DNA from: an uncultured Gammaproteobacteria bacterium
Lineage (GTDB): Bacteria > Pseudomonadota > Gammaproteobacteria > Steroidobacterales > Rariloculaceae
Direction of reading: 5' to 3'
Length of the DNA: 64,000 nt
Assembly (NCBI GenBank): GCA_963782445.1
Contig: CAWAJM010000001.1
Location: 1,675,154 to 1,739,153, forward strand
The notes beneath the pieces were generated by a model, which saw only the letters and a program-made list of their open reading frames with translations, was not told the origin of the DNA and searched no databases. Of this stretch, positions 56,626 through 64,000 are shown one piece after another (within the stretch, counting starts at the first letter, position 1; each line of letters begins with the position of its first letter). The position numbers and the translations under genes were made by a program.

Positions 56626-58119
56626 ATGCCAAGAGTGTCATTTAACGACGCCTACAAGGAATGGCGTAACCGCGCCCGCAGATACGATCCGCAGTCGATC
56701 GTGCATCAGGCGCTCCGTTTTCTTTGTGAGCCTCCGCTTGAGGATGAAGTTGCAGAACTGAGGAAAGCGCCCTGGCTCACTATGCTGATGGTCAAGTGGG
56801 TATGTCAGGATCGCTATCTCGACGGCAAGCCTGCGAGCGTCATCACAAGACCGCAACTCAATGACTTGCGCCAGAGGCTATGGAACGTTCCCGAGCGCGT
56901 TGATCGAGGCGAGCCCGGCACGATGCCGCTGCGGCTATTCATGCGGCAATTATTGCGCCCGCAGCTTGGATTTCAGCGGGGCATTACAAGGAGCTTCGTG
57001 CGCGAGGCGGTCCTGCTTGCCGAGCAGGGCGAGGACTACCCGCTTCGCGTACTATTCAAAGAGAAGACGGGGTTTGACGTTCTCGAATTCATTGACCTTT
57101 CGCTCGCAACGTTCGGCGCGGTCATGGATGGAAGCCGCAGAATTCTCGATAGCTACTTCGCTCCGCTTCTCTCCTGTTATTCGCAGGGGGCTATTTCGTC
57201 CTACCAGTCCGCCATAGCCCGGACCTTCCCCGAACTCGTCTTCTTCTGCCGCGCCCTGCCGAACGCCGACCGGAAGGTCGCATCGGAATATTTCGAGTTT
57301 CCCGTCCTGACCCGCTATCCGTTCTTACGATCTGGCAACGCGATGATTTGCTGGCATCCGACGGTGTTCTTTCGCGGTCTGGAAGGCTTCGTGCATTCGG
57401 TGCTGAGCGAGGCCGGGCAGGGCTATATTGACCGGTTTAGCCGCCTCTTCGAGCGGCACGTTGTTGCCGAGGCGCGAAGGGTACCAACGCGCTTTATCGG
57501 CGAGGATGAGCTCCGCAGCTACATTGCCCCCGACACGCAGGTTCCGGATGGCTTGCTGTCCTTCCCCGAATGCAACGTCTTCATTGAATCCAAGGCAGGA
57601 TTGTTTAATGAGTCCGTGATGACTGTGGGAAACAGTGAACTTTTCGCGCACAAGACGCGGGCCGTAACGGGCGCAGTGGGGCAGGCCTGGGCGACAGCCG
57701 TATCCTTGCGCGAGCAATGCCGCGCTCCCGCCGACGTGCTGAGCGCCGAGACAGATTATCTGCTCATCATTACCAACAAGGAGCTTGGCACAAGCAGGGG
57801 CAGTTCATTCGCCTCTATATACCCGGAAGGAACGCTGGACTACCCAAGCGCCGATGCCGAGCGTTTGCTACCGCTTGGCCGCGTCTACGTTCTCACAATT
57901 GAGGATTTCGAGCGCTTCGCCAGCGCAGCCGGCAAGGGCCAGATCGACGTGCCCGCCTTTCTTGCTGCGTGCGTGAATGACGACGATGCACCGGAGACGA
58001 TGGTCATGCTTTTCGAGCAGCACTTGCAAAGGCGAAAGGTGCTCATGGCGTTTTCCGAACCGGTTGAGAAGGCCATCGACGCAAGCTCTGCCCGGCTCGA
58101 AAGGGCGCTCAAGGCCTAG
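56626..58119 (+). CDS. Putative defence protein with C-terminal PD-(D/E)XK nuclease (possibly GAPS1-like)
   Basis: FSRLFE...VPDGLL...FIESKA...AVGQ; the family name is from recall and unverified. Confidence 0.7.
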   Translation: MPRVSFNDAYKEWRNRARRYDPQSIVHQALRFLCEPPLEDEVAELRKAPWLTMLMVKWVCQDRYLDGKPASVITRPQLNDLRQRLWNVPERVDRGEPGTMPLRLFMRQLLRPQLGFQRGITRSFVREAVLLAEQGEDYPLRVLFKEKTGFDVLEFIDLSLATFGAVMDGSRRILDSYFAPLLSCYSQGAISSYQSAIARTFPELVFFCRALPNADRKVASEYFEFPVLTRYPFLRSGNAMICWHPTVFFRGLEGFVHSVLSEAGQGYIDRFSRLFERHVVAEARRVPTRFIGEDELRSYIAPDTQVPDGLLSFPECNVFIESKAGLFNESVMTVGNSELFAHKTRAVTGAVGQAWATAVSLREQCRAPADVLSAETDYLLIITNKELGTSRGSSFASIYPEGTLDYPSADAERLLPLGRVYVLTIEDFERFASAAGKGQIDVPAFLAACVNDDDAPETMVMLFEQHLQRRKVLMAFSEPVEKAIDASSARLERALKA

Positions 58120-58172
58120 ATACCCGGCCTCAGCGCAGTTCCAGGCCGGTGGCCGAGACAAGTGGCGAGCAA

Positions 58173-58194
58173 TCAAATCCAGCCCCCGCTACCA
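58173..58194 (+). repeat. attR: degenerate copy of the tRNA-fMet 3' end
   Basis: TCAAATCCAGCCCCCGCTACCA vs TCGAATCCTGCCCCCGCTACCA at 1587-1608. Confidence 0.85.
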
Positions 58195-58324
58195 ACTACC
58201 CTCAGAATCAATAGCATAGAAGACCTTTTCAAGGGTCCCCATCTCCAGCCCGACACAGTCTTGCCGCCTCCCGTTCGGCGTTGCGCCGAGCGAAGCGGCC
58301 GAAGCCGAACTCTGACCAGCCGGC

Positions 58325-58922
58325 GCGGCACGTCTGCGGTCTCGGCGACGCGCGAGCGCGTCTGTCCGTGAACTTCTTCGGCACACCCGCCTATCGTTTG
58401 GCGGATTTTGGCCGCTACAAGCAGGATCTCATTGTCGGCGCCAGCTTTTCGCTGTCCGCGCCAACGGGCCAGTACGATGGGAGCCGGCTGGTCAACATCG
58501 GCACGAATCGCTGGGCCGCGAAGGTCGAGATCGGTCTGTCCAAGGTCGTGATGCGGTGGATCCTGGAGCTCGCCGCGGCCGGCACGTTCTTTGTCGACAA
58601 CAACGAATTCTTCGGTGGCGTGACGCGAGCTCAGAATCCGATCGAGGCACTCCAAACTCACGCCATTCGGAGCTTCAGTGGAGGCGCATGGCTTGCGGTC
58701 GGCAGCACCTACTACCGAGGCGGCAATACGATGACCGGCGGCGCGGCGAATGCAAACCGGCAAGACAATTCGAGACTGGGCATCACGCTGTCGTTGCCCG
58801 TCAACGGCAGACACTCCATCGAGCTCTACGCGAGCTCCGGCATATCCACTCGGTCCGGCACCGACGACGATGTCGTCGGCGTCGCGTGGCAGGTCAGCTG
58901 GGGCGGCGGTTTGGGGCGGTAG
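58325..58922 (+). pseudogene. 5'-truncated outer-membrane 'transporter' (MetA-pathway / phenol-degradation-like beta-barrel)
   Basis: GLGDARARLSVN and APTGQYD...NIGTNRW motifs, but no signal peptide or N-terminal part; start approximate. Confidence 0.65.
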
Positions 58923-58957
58923 ACCGGTTCCGACCGAAATCGACAGGAGACATCCCA

Positions 58958-59572
58958 ATGACGAACGAAGACACGACGAGGCCCCGCCGAACGCTGCGCG
59001 TGGGCGCGACGCGCGCGATGAGCGCGCTCAGGGCAAGGGTCGGCCGCCTGTCGTCCGCGATCATGATCAAGGCAACGCTAATCGGCGTCGTGGGTATCTG
59101 CATGCTGGTCTGGCCCATTGCGTCCCTGCGATTTCTCATTCTCGCCATCGCCGCCTTACTCATTGCCGACGGTATCGCGGGCGTGTTCGGGTCGCTGCAA
59201 GCCAACCAGCGTAGGGGCTACCTCGGACAGAGCATCCTGAGCCTGGTCGTCGGGGCAATACTGCTTTTCTGGCCCGACGTCACGATGCGGCTACTGATGC
59301 GGCTCATGGGTGTCTGGGGCTTTCTGCACGGAGCGGCTTTGCTCTGGTCTCTCAGAGAGATGCCGAACGACGAGGCGTTTCGCTCTCCGCAGCGTGCGGT
59401 CGCAATCGTTGTGGCGGCGATCGGTGCGGTATTGCTTTATTTGCCTAACGTCGGCGCAGTGACCTTGTCCTGGGCCGTCGGGATCGCAGCGCTGCTCATT
59501 GCCGCCGCGCTGTTCTGGCTGGTGCGGCGAATGAAGGGCCTTGGACGGCATATGGCGGCAGGGGCCGCTTGA
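58958..59572 (+). CDS. HdeD/DUF308-like membrane protein
   Basis: Repeated G...L.WP...IADG TM hairpins; AGGAG RBS. Confidence 0.75.
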   Translation: MTNEDTTRPRRTLRVGATRAMSALRARVGRLSSAIMIKATLIGVVGICMLVWPIASLRFLILAIAALLIADGIAGVFGSLQANQRRGYLGQSILSLVVGAILLFWPDVTMRLLMRLMGVWGFLHGAALLWSLREMPNDEAFRSPQRAVAIVVAAIGAVLLYLPNVGAVTLSWAVGIAALLIAAALFWLVRRMKGLGRHMAAGAA

Positions 59573-60042
59573 TATCGACTCGTTTGCTATCGAGAGCGAC
59601 GTCCAGGTCAAATAGCGGTAGTACTCGATGCCTTCGTCGCTGCACCGAGCATTCGCGCAACTGAGATAGGGCGCTGCGCTCGGGCCAAAAGCGGCCCATC
59701 GCGGTACCGGTTGGATGCGGAGCCCTCCGCGGAGGGCCGGAGCGGCCCGACGGAATCCCCGACGAGCGTACGCGAGTCGCCGGCCGAATAACGGATCGTG
59801 AAATGGGCTCGGGCCCCTGCCGGCCGGACGGGCACCCCCCCGGTTCAATCGCTTGCCGGCCGCGCGCCTGCTTCTCCACCGAATGGGCTTATGAGCAATT
59901 GACGCGTTTCCTATACGCGTTCCGATTCGGCTTGCCGGCCTTGATGTAGCCGCGAGCATTTGCGGGTTCTACCGATAGAGAAGACGGTTGAAGACTGCTG
60001 TCATTGCTGCGTCCGCACCAAATTCGTCGTGGTCGTCAGCTC

Positions 60043-60915
60043 ATGAACAAGCGCGTCTTGATGCTTCCTGTGTTGGCTGCTGTACTTGCCGGCGGCACGT
60101 GGTGGTGGTACCACAGGCCGCCGCCGGCCGACAGCGGCACGAAGCTGATTGTTTATGGAAACGTCGATATCCGCGAAGTTAATTTGTCGTTCAACGGCAG
60201 CGAGCACGTGGGCGTGATGTACGTGGACGAAGGCGACATGGTGCAGCAGGGCCAATTGCTCGCCAAGTTGCACACGGAGCGGCTCGAGGCGGAACGAAAC
60301 CGCGCGCAGGCGCAGTCGGCGGTATCCCGAGCCCGCGTCGTTGCCGCGCAGCTGACTTACCGACGGATTGAGAAGCTGACTCGGCGCAAGTTGGCTTCGC
60401 AGGAGGAGTTCGATGAGGCCGAGGCGAACTACAAAGCCGAGGTTGCACAGGTCAACGCCGACGAGGCGGCGTTGGCGTTTGCCAACGAGGAGCTCAAGGA
60501 TGCGGAACTCCATGCGCCTGCCAACGGGGTGATCCGCGAGCGCATTTTGGAGCCGGGTGACATGGCATCGCCGCTCACGCCCGTGTTCACACTGGCAATG
60601 ACCGACCCGGTATGGGTGCGCGCTTACTTGCCGCAGACGGCGCTCGGTAAAGTCAGACCCGGCATGCGCGCCGCCATTACGACTGACAGCTTTCCGAACA
60701 AGACTTACTTGGGCTGGGTCGGCTACATATCGCCGTCGGCCGAATTCACACCCAAGAATGTCGAAACGCCCGAGCTGCGTACTCGGCTCGTCTATCGCAT
60801 GCGCGTGTTCGCCTGCAACCCGGAGGGCGAGCTGCGTCTAGGTATGCCGGCTACGGTGACGCTCGATCTGGACGACCGAGCCGTCCCTGGCCGCAACGTC
60901 TGCGACATCGAATGA
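60043..60915 (+). CDS. ybhG: HlyD-family membrane fusion protein (YbhG-like)
   Basis: YGNVDIREV, WVRAY and AEFTPKNVETPELRTRLVYR motifs. Confidence 0.85.
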   Translation: MNKRVLMLPVLAAVLAGGTWWWYHRPPPADSGTKLIVYGNVDIREVNLSFNGSEHVGVMYVDEGDMVQQGQLLAKLHTERLEAERNRAQAQSAVSRARVVAAQLTYRRIEKLTRRKLASQEEFDEAEANYKAEVAQVNADEAALAFANEELKDAELHAPANGVIRERILEPGDMASPLTPVFTLAMTDPVWVRAYLPQTALGKVRPGMRAAITTDSFPNKTYLGWVGYISPSAEFTPKNVETPELRTRLVYRMRVFACNPEGELRLGMPATVTLDLDDRAVPGRNVCDIE

Positions 60916-62663
60916 ATGTCTCTGCCCCGCTCACTGTCGAAGGCGTCGGCAAGGCATTTCTCGGCGCGGGCCGAGAAGTCCGAGCTCTCGATAACGTTTC
61001 ATTCGAGCTGCAGTCTGGCCGCGTCACCGGTTTGATTGGCGCCGACGGCGCCGGCAAGACGACCCTCATGCGCCTGGCGGCGGCGCTGTTGCTGCCGGAC
61101 ACGGGCAGGCTATCGGTGCTCGGAAGCGATACTCGTAGCCGGCCCGAGGAGGTGCAGGCGGCCGTGGGCTACATGCCGCAGCACTTCGGTTTGTATCAGG
61201 ATCTAACCGTACAGGAGAACCTCGATCTCTACGCCGCCCTACAGGGTGTTGCGACGAAGGAACGCCCGGCTCGTTACGCGGAGCTGATGAGGATGACCGG
61301 CCTTGGGCCGTTCGGACGACGCCTGGCTGGCAAGCTTTCCGGCGGAATGAAGCAAAAGCTCGGTCTCGCCTGCGCCCTTGTGCGCGCGCCCCACCTCCTG
61401 CTGCTCGACGAACCCACCGTCGGAGTCGATCCGGTCTCCCGACGCGAGTTGTGGCAAATCGTCTATCGCCTGGTCGAGGAAACCGGCATGACGGTCCTCT
61501 TGAGCACCGCGTACCTCGACGAAGCGGAGCGTTGTCACGACATACTGCTCTTGCATCGGGGGAAGCTCCTCGGGCACGGTGCACCCGCTGAGTTCAGCAA
61601 GAAGCTCGCCGGCCGTACGTTCTTGGTCAGCGCAGCGAGTCTCAACAAGCGTCGGCTGCAGGGTGTGCTCAGCGACACGCGGGGTGTGCTCGACGCGGTC
61701 ATCGTCGGCGACGGCGTGCGCGTCGTCACGGCGTCGGCTGGAGTAGATGTCGTCCCGCAATCTCTGGCTGGCGCGACGCTCTCCGTTCTCGCGGCGCCGC
61801 CCCGCTTCGAAGACGCGTTCGTGACCAGCTTGGGCGCCCAACGCAGCGGCGGCACCAGATCGATGGGGGCTCTAGCCGCGGAGGCGTCGGACCGTGCCGG
61901 CGATCGGCCCGCCATTGAGGTGGACAAAGTACGCCGCATGTTCGGAGACTTCTGCGCCGTTAAGGACGTGACCTTTAGTGTGCAGCGCGGCGAGATTTTT
62001 GGCCTCCTCGGCGCCAACGGGGCCGGCAAGACGACCTTGTTTCGGATGCTGTGTGGGCTGTTGCCGGTATCCGCCGGGCGTGCCAGCGTGGCCGGCGCCG
62101 ATCTGCGCACTGCGCGGGCGCGCGCACGCGCGCGTGTCGGCTACATGGCGCAGAGGTTTTCGCTCTATGCCGACTTGTCGGTGCAGCAGAATCTCGAATT
62201 CTTTTCCAACGCCTACGGTCTGCCGCGTAAGCTGCGCCGTGAACGGGTTGCATGGGCGCTAGACACCTTCGACTTCGCGACCATGGTCGATACGCGCGCG
62301 CGGGAACTTCCGCTAGGTTACCAACAACGATTGGCGCTGGCCGCTGCGCTGATGCATCGCCCCGAAGTCCTGTTTCTCGATGAGCCGACATCCGGCGTGG
62401 ATCCGGTCGCCAGACGCGAGTTCTGGGGCCAAATCAACGTATTGGTCGAATCCGGTGTGACCGTGCTGGTCACCACTCACTTCATGGAGGAAGCCGAGTT
62501 CTGTGATCGGCTGGTCATCATGGCGGAGGGTGAGATTCTCGCGGCCGGGACGCCGGCGCAGATCAAAGCGGTGGCCGGTAAGCCCGGAGCTGCCGCGCCG
62601 AGTATCGAGGGCGCCTTCATTACGCTGATCGAACGACACGAGACGGCGGAGAGGGCGGCATGA
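60912..62663 (+). CDS. ybhF: Dual-domain ABC ATPase (YbhF-like)
   Basis: Two Walker A motifs (GADGAGKT, GANGAGKT), LSGGMKQKL, and LDEPT twice. Confidence 0.9.
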   Translation: MNVSAPLTVEGVGKAFLGAGREVRALDNVSFELQSGRVTGLIGADGAGKTTLMRLAAALLLPDTGRLSVLGSDTRSRPEEVQAAVGYMPQHFGLYQDLTVQENLDLYAALQGVATKERPARYAELMRMTGLGPFGRRLAGKLSGGMKQKLGLACALVRAPHLLLLDEPTVGVDPVSRRELWQIVYRLVEETGMTVLLSTAYLDEAERCHDILLLHRGKLLGHGAPAEFSKKLAGRTFLVSAASLNKRRLQGVLSDTRGVLDAVIVGDGVRVVTASAGVDVVPQSLAGATLSVLAAPPRFEDAFVTSLGAQRSGGTRSMGALAAEASDRAGDRPAIEVDKVRRMFGDFCAVKDVTFSVQRGEIFGLLGANGAGKTTLFRMLCGLLPVSAGRASVAGADLRTARARARARVGYMAQRFSLYADLSVQQNLEFFSNAYGLPRKLRRERVAWALDTFDFATMVDTRARELPLGYQQRLALAAALMHRPEVLFLDEPTSGVDPVARREFWGQINVLVESGVTVLVTTHFMEEAEFCDRLVIMAEGEILAAGTPAQIKAVAGKPGAAAPSIEGAFITLIERHETAERAA

Positions 62664-63799
62664 ACCTCTCGATCGGCCGACCCGGCAGCGCCATGCGGCT
62701 CTCGGCCCTTGTACGCAAGGAGGCATTGCAGATTCTGCGCGATCCTTCCAGCCTCGCCATCGCCTTCGTCATGCCTCTCATCCTATTGTGGTTATTTGGC
62801 TATGGCGTGTCGCTGGACGCGCGCAATGTGCCGCTGGCTCTCGTGGTGGAGCAGCCAGGCGCCGAGACGGAGCAGTTCGCCGCGGGCTTTGCGCACTCCG
62901 ATTTCTTCAAACTCGAGCAGTTCCTGAGCATCCAAGATGCCGAGCAGGCGCTGCGCGAGCGCCGAGTACAGGGCATCGTGTGGTTGCGCGCCGACTTCGC
63001 AGATCGATTGCTTGACGCACGCGAGCCGCCCATCGGCGTCATTTTGGACGGCGTCGACGCAAACCAGGCGAGGATTATTCAGGGCTATGTAGAAGCCGTG
63101 TGGTTTCGTTGGTTGGAAAGCTATCGGGCCAGCAAGGGGTCAACGCTGAAGCCGCCGGTCGACCTTCGACAGCGAGTATGGTTCAACGCCGCCGTAGAGA
63201 GCCGCGACTACCTCGTGCCGGGGCTGATCGCCGTAATTATGACGCTCATCGGCGCGCTGCTGACTGCCATGGTCGTGGCGCGGGAGTGGGAACGCGGAAC
63301 ATTGGAAGCGCTGCTGGTAACGGAGATGCGCGTGCCTGAATTTCTCCTCGGTAAACTGCTGCCCTATTTCGTTCTGGGCATGGGCGGCATGCTGTTGACC
63401 GTGGCGATGGCAGCTTGGGTGTTCGACGTGCCGGTGCGAGGGTCCCTGTGGGTATTGCTCTTGGCCTCTGGACTGTTCATGGGCGCAGCCCTCGGAATGG
63501 GGTTGCTGATCTCTATCGTTGCGAAGAGCCAGTTCGTCGCCGGCCAGATCGCAATTATCGTGACGTTTTTGCCGGCCTTTATTCTGTCGGGCTTCATTTT
63601 CGACATTCGTTCCATGCCGGTACCGATTCAAGCGCTGACTCATCTGGTCCCGGCGCGCTATTTCGTGTCCATTCTGCAGACGGTCTTTTTAGCCGGTAAC
63701 GTCTGGCCCGTCATTCTCCCGAACATGGCTGCGCTTGCCGTCATGGCCGCGGTCTTTCTCACAATTGTGCGGCACAAGTCAAGCAAGAGGCTCGAATAG
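62660..63799 (+). CDS. ybhS: ABC-2 permease (YbhS-like)
   Basis: KEALQILRDPSS, AREWERGTLE and LSGFIF motifs. Confidence 0.88.
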   Translation: MNLSIGRPGSAMRLSALVRKEALQILRDPSSLAIAFVMPLILLWLFGYGVSLDARNVPLALVVEQPGAETEQFAAGFAHSDFFKLEQFLSIQDAEQALRERRVQGIVWLRADFADRLLDAREPPIGVILDGVDANQARIIQGYVEAVWFRWLESYRASKGSTLKPPVDLRQRVWFNAAVESRDYLVPGLIAVIMTLIGALLTAMVVAREWERGTLEALLVTEMRVPEFLLGKLLPYFVLGMGGMLLTVAMAAWVFDVPVRGSLWVLLLASGLFMGAALGMGLLISIVAKSQFVAGQIAIIVTFLPAFILSGFIFDIRSMPVPIQALTHLVPARYFVSILQTVFLAGNVWPVILPNMAALAVMAAVFLTIVRHKSSKRLE

Positions 63800-63801
63800 G
63801 C

Positions 63802-64000
63802 ATGCAAGTGCTACAGCACGTACTCGCGCTGGCCGTAAAGGAGCTACGGGCTCTGCTCCTCGACAAGCGGAGCCGCCTTGTTTTGATCGTTCCGCCGGTC
63901 ATCCAGTTGTTGGTGTTCGGTTACGCTGCGACATTCGACGTCAACCAGGTATCGTTTGCGGTTTATGACGCTGACGGCGGGTCTGCGGCGCGCAGCCTCG
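63802..64000 (+). CDS. ybhR: ABC-2 permease (YbhR-like), truncated by the window edge
   Basis: MQVLQHVLALAVKEL...PPVIQLLVFGYAATFDV, read from 63802. Confidence 0.8.
   Translation, partial: MQVLQHVLALAVKELRALLLDKRSRLVLIVPPVIQLLVFGYAATFDVNQVSFAVYDADGGSAARSL

Larger units (their letters stand above)
1596..58194. mobile_element. Integrative mobilisable genomic island (~56.6 kb) at tRNA-fMet
   Basis: Flanked by direct repeats of the tRNA 3' end (1587-1608 vs 58173-58194, 20/22 identical, 13-bp perfect core GCCCCCGCTACCA). It has an integrase at the left end, plus relaxase, MobC, coupling protein and defence/anti-restriction cargo. Confidence 0.85.

Noticed and set aside
1-64000. CRISPR array or cas genes
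   Set aside because: No regularly spaced repeat-spacer series and no Cas motifs were seen. The repeats found are operators, att arms or hairpins.

Overview
High-GC proteobacterial chromosome. The window opens with the 3' part of nuoN and an initiator tRNA-Met (1532-1608). A ~56.6 kb integrative mobilisable island follows. It ends at a degenerate copy of the tRNA 3' end (58173-58194) and was probably inserted by the large serine recombinase at its left end. That gene has no stop codon of its own: it borrows one from the antisense tRNA, and excision would give it a different C-terminus. The island also carries a second, apparently unused integration module: a frameshifted tyrosine integrase beside what looks like an intact attP for tRNA-Pro(GGG). 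Mobility genes are MobC, a relaxase, a hairpin-rich oriT-like region and a VirD4-like coupling protein, with no mating-pair genes. Cargo includes (1) establishment/anti-restriction genes (ardC, radC, DUF2958-like, small ssDNA-binding-like proteins) behind repeated structured leaders; (2) dense defence-like genes: a Type I RM operon extended by Shedu-like nuclease, SF2 helicase, PARP-finger-like and SIR2 genes, plus Schlafen/AlbA_2 and several PD-(D/E)XK nucleases; (3) a STAS-wHTH / Cys-rich DUF4417-like / RsbW-like kinase operon I cannot match to a known system; and (4) odd passengers: an actinobacterial-type ValRS, a foreign porin, a mini H-NS/AT-hook protein and a catalytically dead tyrosine recombinase. 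Right of the island lie a truncated outer-membrane protein gene, a HdeD-like gene and a YbhGFSR-like ABC exporter. Family calls come from reading motifs by eye; no searches were run.
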